A stretch of 37,100 nt of DNA from Octopus bimaculoides. Taxonomy: Eukaryota. A program made the position numbers and the translations under genes. Positions 12,210-25,225 of this stretch are shown here, piece by piece (positions within the stretch are counted from its first letter, which is position 1; each line of letters begins with the position of its first letter). The stretch lies in the NCBI RefSeq assembly GCF_001194135.2, contig NC_069003.1:13769233-13806332 (forward strand). The letters are read 5' to 3'. A model generated the notes under the pieces. The model searched no databases. It saw nothing but the letters and a program-made list of their open reading frames with translations, and was not told the DNA's origin.

Positions 12210-14420
12210 CAGAACATATAGACCCGAAGATCATAAATTTGTCAAGCAGAAACCTCAACAAGAATGAGATTAATTTCATATTGAAAGGTTACAAATTTAT
12301 CCCGATACCCACCCCTGATCTCATTAGAACTAAAAGCTTATATTGAGCATTTTAATCGCCACTTCCGGCTTATAGAATTCTTTGGCAATAAGGGTATAAA
12401 TGACGAATCAATTGTCAGGAATAAATCCCACTTCACCCGCTACAAGAAGAATGACAGACATTTAGACATAATTTCGAAATTTTTCCAAAGTACTCGTAAA
12501 TGTAAACAAAACATTCGTGAAGAAGAAAAAGAAGCCTTACTAACACTGAAGACTAACAATTCAATCATCTTAAAAGAAACCGATAAGGTGGGGGTGATAG
12601 TAATCATGGACAAAGACTACTGTAAAGATAAGATATTGGAAATTCTAACAGACTAATCCTACTGCAAGGAAGGACCAAGACACCGGGAAAAAGCAATAAT
12701 GAATAAAATCAGAACACTAATTAATGAATACCAAGATTTCTTCACAGACAAAGAGAAAGATTATTTATGCAACCCTGTAACCAAAGAGAGCAATTTCTAC
12801 AGATTACCCAAAATCCACAAAAACCCTAAAATACAGAGAACCATAAATGGGCAGAGGAACCAATATATAAAAATACTGACCTACTAACCTCAAACTGCGA
12901 CCAACAGTTGCTGGACCTCAAGCACCAACACAACAACTGAGTCATTTTTTGAAATACTCCTAAAACCTTTATGCCCATTAATACCCAGCTATATACAGCA
13001 TAGATTTTCCCCAGCACATTCCACCTAATGTTTCGGAAGGTACCATACTTACAAGCTTTGATGTCACCCATCTTTATACCAATATACCTCACACTTTGGG
13101 CTTGGAAGCAGTCAAACACTGGGTGGAGAAACATAGAGGACGGATAAATGAACGCTTCAAAACTGACTTCATCATTAAAGCCACATGCCTGGTACTAGAA
13201 AGGTACACCTGTTAAAGGTACACCTGATAAAGGTACACCTGATAAAGGTACACCTTGTAAAGGTACACATGGTAAAGGATACCTTTAGATTCGATAATAA
13301 AACATATCGACAGTCAAAGGGCACAGCTATGGGAACGCGGTTTCTCATATACTAAACTACTCATGGGATACTTGGAAGAAAATCTTTATGAGGAAGTAGA
13401 GAGAGTTTTTAACCATGATTACAATAAGTACATAATAAAAAAGTGGAAACTCTTCCTCGATAACTGCTTTATCTTTTGGGACAAATCAAACGAGGACCTA
13501 CGAACACTTAATAATATACTCAACACACTTCACCATCAAATTCAGGACAAAATCCAGTTGCAATAAAAATACACAACTCCACAGTCACAACAGATATATT
13601 TTGCAAAAAGAAAAAAACCGACACGCACCAATATTTGAATTTCTACTCTTTCTATCCCTCACACATCAAAAGGAACATCCCATACAGCATGGCAAAACGT
13701 ATCTGCACTATAGTGACTGACCGCAAAATACGTCTAATCCGACTCAACGAGCTCAAAGACTTCCTAACAAAGCAGAAATACCCCTTAGGGGAATTAAAAA
13801 GGCGACGAAGCTGAGCATCACACAACTAAGAACACCAAAGAAAAAAATTAATGGACACGCGATTCCATTTATTAATACACATAATCCTGGGGTAGCCAAC
13901 GTCTTTCACGCTATAAAATCAAACCTACCTATACTTCTACAAACCCCAAAATGAAAGATCTGATTGATAAAAACTCTTTACGAAACAATAGAAGCCAACC
14001 AAAAAATGTCAACAAAAAAAAAAAACACCTCACAAGAGCAAAATTCACATCAGAAAATGAATCAGAGTTCTCCGTAAAAGAATGTAGAGATAGCAGATGT
14101 GGAACATGCAACAACAACTTGAAATACTTAGAAAGTGGTTCCCACAAAATTCAAGAGCGCATTCTCGTTCAAAGTAAATGCAGATATGAACTGCAAGACA
14201 CAGAATATCATATACTGTATTACTTGCTCCAACTGCAAGGAAAATTACATTGGCGAAACAAACAATTCCCTCTGCCAACGTGAAAGAATCCACAGACAGC
14301 AGATCCGACAAGAGGAACTGGGCAAGATCCCACTGAGCAAGAAATATGCAGTGAAGGAAAGTTCAAAATCTTTCCCTTTCACAAATGTTCAAGAGATGAC
14401 CCAAAATTCCGAAAAGAATT
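12210..14420 (+). mobile_element. Near-complete decayed Penelope-like element, Neptune-like (RT plus C-terminal GIY-YIG)
   Basis: IINLSSRNL..E..ILKG.KFIP.P; FYRLPKIHK; LRPTVAGP; SFDVTHLYTNIP; GTAMGT; LFLDNCFIFW (degenerate YxDD); TDTHQYL; IPFINTHNP; CRDSRCGTC linker; NIIYCITCSNCKENYIGET; FKIFPF. Many frameshifts; ends in (TTC)n and a gap. Confidence 0.9.
13201..13275 (+). repeat. Five tandem 15-bp units (AGGTACACCTGATAA) inside the PLE RT
   Basis: Units visible directly between ...CLVLE and ..TFRFDNKTY. Confidence 0.9.
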
Positions 14421-15230
14421 TCTTCTTCTTCTTCTTCTTCTTCTTCTTCNNNNNNNNNNNNNNNNNNNNNNNNNNNNNNNNNNNNNNNNNNNNNNNNNNN
14501 NNNNNNNNNNNNNNNNNNNNNNNNNNNNNNNNNNNNNNNNNNNNNNNNNNNNNNNNNNNNNNNNNNNNNNNNNNNNNNNNNNNNNNNNNNNNNNNNNNNN
14601 NNNNNNNNNNNNNNNNNNNNNNNNNNNNNNNNNNNNNNNNNNNNNNNNNNNNNNNNNNNNNNNNNNNNNNNNNNNNNNNNNNNNNNNNNNNNNNNNNNNN
14701 NNNNNNNNNNNNNNNNNNNNNNNNNNNNNNNNNNNNNNNNNNNNNNNNNNNNNNNNNNNNNNNNNNNNNNNNNNNNNNNNNNNNNNNNNNNNNNNNNNNN
14801 NNNCAATGCAGCTACTTGGCAAAGCAATTCGTGATTCTGACTTTATTTTTCTAATTTATGAATATTGTACTAATATTTAATGTCTGTTCATGCAAAACAT
14901 TGAATTACACAGAATATGGGACTTGACTATACAGTGTAAAAGAATATACATTTTCATAGGAGTTTGAAATTTGAACTCTTTTTTCTATTTTTCAGTGGTA
15001 CCCTCCCTTATTTCCTTCATTCTACTTCCTAAAATTAACACCTTTGAAAGGTCATCAGCCCTTGTGAGAAAATGTGTTTTTTACAAATATGTTGATAGGT
15101 ATACAATGGAAAAAGAAAAAAGAAAGGAGAAAGAAAAAAGAAAAATACTTTGTAATGAAATTTCAATGAATTGACTACACCAAATTGAAAAAATCTCCCC
15201 TCTCTCTCTCAATCTATCATTTCCCCATCC

Positions 15231-16008
<778 letters not shown>

Positions 16009-16665
16009 TGTGTGTGTGTGTGTGTGTGTATATATNNNNNNNNNNNNNNNNNNNNNNNNNNNNNNNNNNNNNNNNNNNNNNNNNNNNNNNNNNNNNNNNN
16101 NNNNNNNNNNNNNNNNNNNNNNNNNNNNNNNNNNNNNNNNNNNNNNNNNNNNNNNNNNNNNNNNNNNNNNNNNNNNNNNNNNNNNNNNNNNNNNNNNNNN
16201 NNNNNNNNNNNNNNNNNNNNNNNNNNNNNNNNNNNNNNNNNNNNNNNNNNNNNNNNNNNNNNNNNNNNNNNNNNNNNNNNNNNNNNNNNNNNNNNNNNNN
16301 NNNNNNNNNNNNNNNNNNNNNNNNNNNNNNNNNNNNNNNNNNNNNNNNNNNNNNNNNNNNNNNNNNNNNNNNNNNNNNNNNNNNNNNNNNNNNNNNNNNN
16401 NNNNNNNNNNNNNNNNNNNNNNNNNNNNNNNNNNNNNNNNNNNNNNNNNNNNNNNNNNNNNNNNNNNNNNNNNNNNNNNNNNNNNNNNNNNNNNNNNNNN
16501 NNNNNNNNNNNNNNNNNNNNNNNNNNNNNGATGTGGTGCTTACGATCATAAATTTGTCGATTTCCTTCATGGCCTAGACGATGCGTTGAGTCCTTGAGCA
16601 AAACATTCCATTTCATTATTTATATTATTTACATTCGACGGATATTTGTCCTCATCTTGTTTATT

Positions 16666-16711
16666 AACACAACGTTTCGGCTGATATACCCTCCAGCTTT
16701 CTTCAGGTGTC
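16666..16711 (-). ncRNA. Minimal type I hammerhead motif (left arm)
   Basis: GACAC-CTGAAGA-A-AGCTG(GAGGGTATAT)CAGCC-GAAAC-GTT-GTGTT. Core is intact; one mismatch at the base of stem II. Confidence 0.7.
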
Positions 16712-16763
16712 TTGGGGGAAATTTCGAACCTGGAATGAGAACCAAGGTTCGAAATTTCCCCAA

Positions 16764-16809
16764 GACACCCTAAGAAGGCTGGAGGGTATATCAGGCGAAA
16801 CGTTGTGTT
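16764..16809 (+). ncRNA. Mutated hammerhead motif (right arm)
   Basis: GACAC-CCTAAGA-A-GGCTG(GAGGGTATAT)CAGGC-GAAAC-GTT-GTGTT. The core box and stem II carry substitutions, so it is probably inactive. Confidence 0.55.
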
Positions 16810-17025
16810 AACAACAAATTAGATGAAGACAAATATCCGTCAAATGTAAATAATGTACATAATTCCTCATTTCTTAAATATAGAACTGTATACCATTTCA
16901 TGTTGCTCTTGTCTACACAGCTGAAAATGAGGACCACCCGAGTGCTGGTGCAGTCAGTTCATTCTCATACAACTACAAGAGCAACTAGAACAAATAAAAG
17001 CATGCTACATTCAAATCATACTCAC

Positions 17026-17156
17026 TGGATTAACACAAAGAAAAACAGGTTCAAAAGCTCGTTTTTGTATTATCAATGCTACTCGGCACACCAGCGAGGG
17101 AAGGGAGAGTTGTTCCATCAGTAGGGGCCGAAACCGAAGTGATTCCGCGTCGATAG
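17026..17156 (-). CDS. Candidate exon, product unknown
   Basis: Acceptor tctacatcag| and donor CCA|gtgagt; 131 nt, open as phase 1 to phase 0 (IDAESLRFRPLLMEQLSLPSLVCRVALIIQKRAFEPVFLCVNP). Phase-compatible with 23635-23750. Confidence 0.3.
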
Positions 17157-17170
17157 CTGATGTAGACGTA

Positions 17171-17250
17171 TGTCCATCTGTTTAAACAGATATGATTAGA
17201 GGAATATTTGGTTGCTATTTCTATCTACGTTGATGGCCGATGCAGAGGCT
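17171..17250 (+). repeat. Unclassified short dispersed repeat; related copies near 18160-18245 and 21340-21400
   Basis: All three share a G(C/T)TGCTATTTCT core with similar upstream sequence. Confidence 0.4.
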
Positions 17251-17550
17251 CTTTCGTTCATTAATTATTGTTGTTGTTGTTGCTATTACGGTTATGACAA
17301 TGTTTATTAGTTTAAGAGAGCTTTATTTCTATAGAATTAGCTTTGATCTCAAGATGAAGAGGTACTAATTCCTACCTGATCAATGATCAAATGGAATGTT
17401 AGTCCATAATTTCTTTCCACCCTCCCTTCCCCTCTTTCTTCCCCTACCCTCTTCCCTTCTCTCTTTTTTTCTTCTTTCTCCATCGTCACCACCACCAACC
17501 TTAAGTCATGATATTATATCTAAGAGAAAGTGTGGGGAGGTAACAGAGGT

Positions 17551-17649
<99 letters not shown>

Positions 17650-17650
17650 C

Positions 17651-17696
<46 letters not shown>

Positions 17697-17985
17697 TGTG
17701 TGTGTAAAGAAAGAGATGAAAAAGGGGAGAAGAAAGAGAGGGTAAGAGGGAGGGAAAAGAAAAGATATAAAGCAAGGTAGAGAGGGAAAACGATAAGGAT
17801 AAAAAGACGGAGAGAGGAAGAGAAGAAGAGTGAAAGTGAAACTGAGAGAGAGAAAGAGAGAAAGAGAGAAGTAGGACATACACACACAAATACATGTGCA
17901 TGCGCACGCACACACAGACGCTCTCATCGCAGTTGAGTGATTATCTCATGAAAACTTGGAGACAAGTTGTTAGCATTTTCCTTGT

Positions 17986-18017
<32 letters not shown>

Positions 18018-18518
18018 TTTTGTTGCTGTTACTCTTATTTTCTTTGTTGTTGTTGTGCTACAGGCCTGTCCAACGATCAAAGGCCTTTCTAGCTATGACC
18101 ATTCCATCTAGATTCCAGTATACTTCAGCGTAATTTAGGACAACATTAAACAGATATGGCCCTTTAGTTCTTTTAAACGGTAGCTCTGAGATTTGAGGGG
18201 CATTTTGCTGCTATTTCTTTCAGTTCAAACAGCTGCATATACGCCCTTCTTTTAGTTCAAAGTAGCAGTAGTAGTAGTAGTTGCTGTTTTAGCTGTTGTT
18301 GTCGTTATTGTTGTTGTTAGTGTTGCTATTGGTGTGGTTGTTGCTCTTAACTTTTACCTTTTAAGTTTGTATCAGTCATTGATTAGCGGCCATGCTGGGG
18401 CACCAGCGATTCTCATCCAATTTTGCCTAAGGATCCCTTTAATTCCTATTTTACTCTACTGGACCCCCATCGCCATTTGAAGGTTTTGTAAAAGACCCTA
18501 TTATATTTTTATAATTAG

Positions 18519-18675
18519 ACGTGGCTGTGTGGTAAGAAGTTTGCTTCCCAACCACATGCTTCCGGGTTCAGTCCCATTGCTTGGCATCTTGGGCCGGTGT
18601 CTTTTACTATAGCCTTGGGCAAATCAAAACATTGTGAGTGGATTTGGTGGAAGGAAATTGAAAGAAGCCCGTGGT
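18519..18675 (+). mobile_element. tRNA-derived SINE (family A)
   Basis: A-box-like TGGCTGTGTGG (18522-18532), B-box-like GGTTCAGTCCC (18565-18575), and a CA/TA tail. Confidence 0.8.
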
Positions 18676-18706
<31 letters not shown>

Positions 18707-18720
18707 TATATATATATATA

Positions 18721-19942
18721 TTGGGTTGAAGAATAATTCATGAGCGTGTTTTTCAAATTTATTTTAAACAAAGAAACTACAACAAATTGATAAATAATAT
18801 ACTCTCCGTTGTTGTTTACGACTTCCTTTCATCGTTCAATAAGTTTTCCGATGTCTCGACGATAGAAATCTCCCGAAAGAATTCGTCCAAACAAGCCCTC
18901 AATTCCACCTCATTATTGAACGATACACGCACAAAGCGTTCGAAAGCGGTCGAAAGAGATGAAAATCTGACGGCGTCAAGTCTGGAGAGTATGGAGGACG
19001 AGGCAAGTTCTTGAATCGCGGCTTTGGTCATACTGGTGATGTGAGGACGGGAGTTGTGTTGCAGAAGAACGCCATTTCACCAATTCGGTCTTTTTTGCTG
19101 AATTACTTCGTTGAGTAAGTGCAGTTGTTGAACGTAGAGCTCTGCAATGAGTGTTTGGTTGCACTCGAACAGTTGGTAATGAATTATGCCTTCTCAGTTC
19201 CACCATACACACAACATGGTCTTTCGAGGATGAAGGTCATGTTTTGCTTGCTGAGTCGCTTGTTTGTCGGGGCTGAGCCATTCTTTTCGCTGCTTCATAT
19301 TGACATAAAGGCACCATTTCTCATCGCCAGTGACAATGCGGTAAAGAAAACGCTGTTTGTGACCATATGTTGAGGGAGTAAACTGGCGGCGATTGTGGAG
19401 CCTTGATTTTTGTTATTTTCGCTCAAAGTATTTGGGACCCAAGCGTCGAGTTTCTGAACTTTACCCATTGAGTGAAGGTGGTCCACCACAGTTTTTTTTA
19501 TCACAATCTATCCGCTTCGTCAATTCTCTGGTCGTTTGACATGGATTTTCGTGCAGAAGTTGATTCAATCGTTCTTCGTAGAACTCAATTGGTCGACTGG
19601 AGTGTGATTCGTCCTTGAGATCAAACTTCCCATTTTTGAAGCGTGAAAACCAAGGGCGGGAGGTACTTTGAGGTATTGCTCCTTCTACATACACAACACA
19701 AATCGCACGAGAAGCTTCGGCGGCCTTAACACCTCGATTAAATACAAAAAGCAAATGGTGTCGAAAATGCTCAGTTTTGTCCACTTGACATTCCATTTTA
19801 ATATTTCTGAAAATACACAAAAATCAAAACACACTATCTTGTAGAGCAAAAATTTCTCTTTTAAACAACATGCGTTTTATTTCTGTGTGCATTTTTAAAT
19901 TTGAAAAAAGAAAAAACGCTTATGAATTAATCCTCAACCCAA
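18721..19942 (-). mobile_element. Full-length mariner (Tc1/mariner) relic with frameshifted transposase
   Basis: About 30-bp imperfect TIRs TTGGGTTGA(A/G)GA(A/T)TAATTCAT, with TA on both sides. ATG at 19796: MECQVDKTEHFRHHLLF..., WVPNTL, GDEKW, TMLCVWW and PYSPDLTPSDFHLF. Confidence 0.92.
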
Positions 19943-21011
19943 TATNNNNNNNNNNNNNNNNNNNNNNNNNNNNNNNNNNNNNNNNNNNNNNNNNNNNNNN
20001 NNNNNNNNNNNNNNNNNNNNNNNNNNNNNNNNNNNNNNNNNNNNNNNNNNNNNNNNNNNNNNNNNNNNNNNNNNNNNNNNNNNNNNNNNNNNNNNNNNNN
20101 NNNNNNNNNNNNNNNNNNNNNNNNNNNNNNNNNNNNNNNNNNNNNNNNNNNNNNNNNNNNNNNNNNNNNNNNNNNNNNNNNNNNNNNNNNNNNNNNNNNN
20201 NNNNNNNNNNNNNNNNNNNNNNNNNNNNNNNNNNNNNNNNNNNNNNNNNNNNNNNNNNNNNNNNNNNNNNNNNNNNNNNNNNNNNNNNNNNNNNNNNNNN
20301 NNNNNNNNNNNNNNNNNNNNNNNNNNNNNNNNNNNNNNNNNNNNNNNNNNNNNNNNNNNNNNNNNNNNNNNNNNNNNNNNNNNNNNNNNNNNNNNNNNNN
20401 NNNNNNNNNNNNNNNNNNNNNNNNNNNNNNNNNNNNNNNNNNNNNNNNNNNNNNNNNNNNNNNNNNNNNNNNNNNNNNNNNNNNNNNNNNNNNNNNNNNN
20501 NNNNNNNNNNNNNNNNNNNNNNNNNNNNNNNNNNNNNNNNNNNNNNNNNNNNNNNNNNNNNNNNNNNNNNNNNNNNNNNNNNNNNNNNNNNNNNNNNNNN
20601 NNNNNNNNNNNNNNNNNNNNNNNNNNNNNNNNNNNNNNNNNNNNNNNNNNNNNNNNNNNNNNNNNNNNNNNNNNNNNNNNNNNNNNNNNNNNNNNNNNNN
20701 NNNNNNNNNNNNNNNNNNNNNNNNNNNNNNNNNNNNNNNNNNNNNNNNNNNNNNNNNNNNNNNNNNNNNNNNNNNNNNNNNNNNNNNNNNNNNNNNNNNN
20801 NNNNNNNNNNNNNNNNNNNNNNNNNNNNNNNNNNNNNNNNNNNNNNNNNNNNNNNNNNNNNNNNNNNNNNNNNNNNNNNNNNNNNNNNNNNNNNNNNNNN
20901 NNNNNNNNNNNNNNNNNNNNNNNNNNNNNNNNNNNNNNNNNNNNTATATATACATGCGTACATACTCACACATGAACGCATACACACATACATGTATATA
21001 TATATATATAT

Positions 21012-21177
21012 ACGACACGCTTCTACACAGTTTCCGTTTACCAAATCCTCTCACAACGCTTTGGTCAGCCCGCGTCTTTAATAGAAGGAACTTGCCCATA
21101 ATGCCGAGCAGTAGGACTGAACCGAAGATCCCATGGTTGAGAAACGAGATTCTTAGCCACACAGTTACACCTGCGTC
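21012..21177 (-). mobile_element. tRNA-derived SINE (family A)
   Basis: Reverse complement aligns by eye with 18519-18675. Confidence 0.7.
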
Positions 21178-21529
21178 TATAGTGATATTCTTCTTGAACA
21201 TATCGTTTAGCCCTAAGTCTGTCCTTATTGAGCAGACCCATGATGACAATCGATCTTTCTATGACCATCCCGTCTTTTATTAAAATAGTGTGCCGGAGAT
21301 TATCATCATTCAACGTACTCTACATTTTTTAAAGACAGTATATAGTGACTTCCAGGAAATTAGCTGCTATTTCTAGGAAGTGGATCAACCATAAACAGAC
21401 TTTTTGGTTGGTTACTATTGTTGTTGTTGTTTATATTTTGATATTTTTGTCATTGTTATTCTTGTTCTTGTTGCTGTAAATCTCGCTTTATTTCAAAACA
21501 CTGCGATTGTCGATCGATTTAAAGAAAAG

Positions 21530-21684
21530 TACACACACATGCACCCACATACACACACACACATAAACTCACACATACACAAACATACACTCACACATAC
21601 ACACACAGATGTATGTAAGTATATGTATGTATATATATGTATACATACACACATATTTACATGCATGTGTATGCATATGTGTAT

Positions 21685-21730
<46 letters not shown>

Positions 21731-21877
21731 GCACACACGCGCGCACACACAAATACAAACACACAGATAGACAGAAACACACACATATACAAATATAAAT
21801 GCGTATATAAGTATATGTATATATATATGTATGTGTATGTGTGTGTGTGCGAGCGTGTGTGCCTGCGTATGTGTGTG

Positions 21878-21929
<52 letters not shown>

Positions 21930-21951
21930 CAAATATATATATATATGTATG

Positions 21952-22035
<84 letters not shown>
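21530..22035. repeat. Compound CA/TA/TG microsatellite
   Basis: Visible directly; runs into a gap. Confidence 0.95.
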
Positions 22036-22957
22036 NNNNNNNNNNNNNNNNNNNNNNNNNNNNNNNNNNNNNNNNNNNNNNNNNNNNNNNNNNNNNNNNN
22101 NNNNNNNNNNNNNNNNNNNNNNNNNNNNNNNNNNNNNNNNNNNNNNNNNNNNNNNNNNNNNNNNNNNNNNNNNNNNNNNNNNNNNNNNNNNNNNNNNNNN
22201 NNNNNNNNNNNNNNNNNNNNNNNNNNNNNNNNNNNNNNNNNNNNNNNNNNNNNNNNNNNNNNNNNNNNNNNNNNNNNNNNNNNNNNNNNNNNNNNNNNNN
22301 NNNNNNNNNNNNNNNNNNNNNNNNNNNNNNNNNNNNNNNNNNNNNNNNNNNNNNNNNNNNNNNNNNNNNNNNNNNNNNNNNNNNNNNNNNNNNNNNNNNN
22401 NNNNNNNNNNNNNNNNNNNNNNNNNNNNNNNNNNNNNNNNNNNNNNNNNNNNNNNNNNNNNNNNNNNNNNNNNNNNNNNNNNNNNNNNNNNNNNNNNNNN
22501 NNNNNNNNNNNNNNNNNNNNNNNNNNNNNNNNNNNNNNNNNNNNNNNNNNNNNNNNNNNNNNNNNNNNNNNNNNNNNNNNNNNNNNNNNNNNNNNNNNNN
22601 NNNNNNNNNNNNNNNNNNNNNNNNNNNNNNNNNNNNNNNNNNNNNNNNNNNNNNNNNNNNNNNNNNNNNNNNNNNNNNNNNNNNNNNNNNNNNNNNNNNN
22701 NNNNNNNNNNNNNNNNNNNNNNNNNNNNNNNNNNNNNNNNNNNNNNNNNNNNNNNNNNNNNNNNNNNNNNNNNNNNNNNNNNNNNNNNNNNNNNNNNNNN
22801 NNNNNNNNNNNNNNNNNNNNNNNNNNNNNNNNNNNNNNNNNNNNNNNNNNNNNNNNNNNNNNNNNNNNNNNNNGAGGTAGGTGGAGGACAGAGAAAAGGT
22901 AATTGAGGGGAGAATTTTGTTGCTACGTTTTGTAGGTCGAGCTATCACTTAAGAGCT

Positions 22958-22991
<34 letters not shown>

Positions 22992-23042
22992 CTGTGTCCG
23001 ATCTCAAACTGTTATGTTATCCTTTTCAAGCGTGTAGGTGGT

Positions 23043-23197
23043 GGCGTGGGTGTGTGGTGAGATGTTTCCCTCCCAGCCACATGACCCCGTGTTCAGTCCA
23101 ACTGCATGGCACCTCGGGCAACTGTCTTCTACTATAGGCTCGGATCGAGCAAGGCGTGTGCGTGTATTTTGTAGACAGAAACTGAAAGAGGCTCGTT
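23043..23197 (+). mobile_element. tRNA-derived SINE (family A)
   Basis: GGCGTGGGTGTGTGG...GTTCAGTCC...GTCTTCTACTATAG...GAAACTGAAAGA, followed by TG/GA repeats. Confidence 0.75.
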
Positions 23198-23244
23198 GTG
23201 TGTGTGAGTGTGTGTGTGTGCGTGTGTGTGTGTGTGTGTGTGTA

Positions 23245-23275
<31 letters not shown>

Positions 23276-23358
23276 AGGAGATAGATAGATAGATAGATAG
23301 ATAGAGAGAGAGAGTGAGCGAGCGAAGGGAGAGATAGAGATAGATAAATAGAGAGACA

Positions 23359-23435
<77 letters not shown>

Positions 23436-23634
23436 GAAACCAGACCTTAGGTGGACGCTTAATCTGCTACAAATGGCAATCAAAATCTTCCCCCAATTAC
23501 TCTACCATCATCCAAAGAAATGAAGGCCTATCAGATAATTTAGTCCTTAAAACAAACATCTGAAACAGGCTTCGATTTGATTTATTTGATCAGCACCAAT
23601 CAGCGTGTACTTGACGATGCGAATGAGAACTTAC

Positions 23635-23750
23635 AACGGTTTTCTTGCCGTGTCACATGTCTGCTACTTGAATCCAGCTCACAGATATTTAGTTCTTTCG
23701 CAGCCATCGTATCCGAGTGCCGCTTGTCTCTAACGGCATACCCTTCGTGC
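23635..23750 (-). CDS. Likely host exon, product unknown
   Basis: Strong acceptor tttcttttatatcag| and donor |gtaagt. 116 nt with a single fully open frame: HEGYAVRDKRHSDTMAAKELNICELDSSSRHVTRQENR (phase 2 to phase 1). Confidence 0.55.
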
Positions 23751-25191
23751 CTGATATAAAAGAAACTGTCCAGAACTATTATCATAACCAACATATCTTT
23801 CCTCACCACATATCTTTCCTCACCACTCACCCGCCCTCCTACACTCTAGCATTTTCTTTATCTCGTTACTCAATGTCTTTTCTTTTCTTTAATTACTCTA
23901 CTTGGATATTTCTTTTCCAACTTATTTGCCACCCCTTATATCACTACTGCCCATTACTACCGATCCACCTGTTCGTCTATCCACATTGCCACGTATATAA
24001 CTGTTTGTCTGCCTATCTATCTATCTGTCTATCCATCTATCTATCTATCTATCCATGTATCTATCTATCTGTTAGCCTGTCTGCTTGTCTGTCTGTCTGT
24101 CTATCCATGTATCTATCTGTCTGTCTATCTATGAATCGCTGACAATACAATTAAACATTGAAACCTACAACAGCAGTAACAGCAGAAATAACAACCACAC
24201 CACCACCATCATCACCCCCACACCCNNNNNNNNNNNNNNNNNNNNNNNNNNNNNNNNNNNNNNNNNNNNNNNNNNNNNNNNNNNNNNNNNNNNNNNNNNN
24301 NNNNNNNNNNNNNNNNNNNNNNNNNNNNNNNNNNNNNNNNNNNNNNNNNNNNNNNNNNNNNNNNNNNNNNNNNNNNNNNNNNNNNNNNNNNNNNNNNNNN
24401 NNNNNNNNNNNNNNACAACAACAATAACCGCAACAACAACAGCAACAAACCTCTTTAATTCCTTCATTGTAAGTCAGTATTCAAACAGTCGGCGACATTT
24501 AACGACATTTCACCGTAAAGACATCATATTCACATCTCTTATTTATCCCAACAACCGTTAAAATGTCTTTTAAAAATGTCTTTTAAAAATGTCTTTTAAA
24601 CATCTATAATCTTGCTCTGGTAAACCGCTTCAGTTCGAATGGCGCGCTAAGAATCCAATTAACAGGATTGCTATCTAAATGTCCCATCTACGTCATCTAT
24701 GAAAATCACGAACTTGTATTCTGGAATTCGGCCTAAGCTGCCTCAGCACTTCACTCGGTTTTCAGTTTTTATTGCTTCATAATTTTTATTGATTTTCTTC
24801 TTGGCAAACTGCAGTCAAAACGGCCACTTCACAAGTCAAATATGCTCCAAATATATTTGAACTGATCTAAAAACTTGCTTATTTCGCAATACGGCTTCGC
24901 ATACCAAACGCAAATCTTGTTCCGCCCGTGGTGGTGATGGTGGTGGGGACAAATACTCCCACCCACACACACACATATAGACATACAGACACACACAGAC
25001 ACACACACAGACACACACACAGACACACACACATAGACACAGACACAGAGACACAGAGACACAGATACACACACACACACACACGCACACANNNNNNNNN
25101 NNNNNNNNNNNNNNNNNNNNNNNNNNNNNNNNNNNNNNNNNNNNNNNNNNNNNNNNNNNNNNNNNNNNNNNNNNNNNNNNNNNNNNNNNNN

Positions 25192-25223
<32 letters not shown>

Positions 25224-25225
<2 letters not shown>

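Larger units (their letters stand above)
16617..16892 (+). mobile_element. Palindromic PLE-terminus-derived element with two hammerhead motifs and a 9-bp TSD
   Basis: Inverted arms at 16625-16731 and 16745-16853, a 13-nt spacer, and an unpaired 3' tail at 16854-16890. Direct repeat CCATTTCAT at 16608-16616 and 16893-16901. Confidence 0.85.
16529..16940 (+). mobile_element. tRNA-derived SINE (family C) split by the palindromic insertion
   Basis: ...GATGCGTTGAGTCCTTGAGCAAAACATTCCATTTCAT resumes as CCATTTCATGTTGCTC...CAGCTGAAAATGAG after 16892. Confidence 0.6.

Noticed and set aside
16625-16853. Interpretation as a DNA-transposon MITE, or of any repeat here as a CRISPR array
   Set aside because: The inverted arms are not terminal (extra 3' tail) and contain hammerhead motifs. 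No repeat-spacer array or cas gene exists, and the DNA is eukaryotic.
18519-18600. tRNA gene calls for A/B-box sequences
   Set aside because: No cloverleaf; they are SINE heads present in several diverged copies.
23705-23735. PACAP/VIP-like peptide call for HSDT…
   Set aside because: Only three residues match and the rest of the family pattern is absent; kept only as a possible cleavage site.
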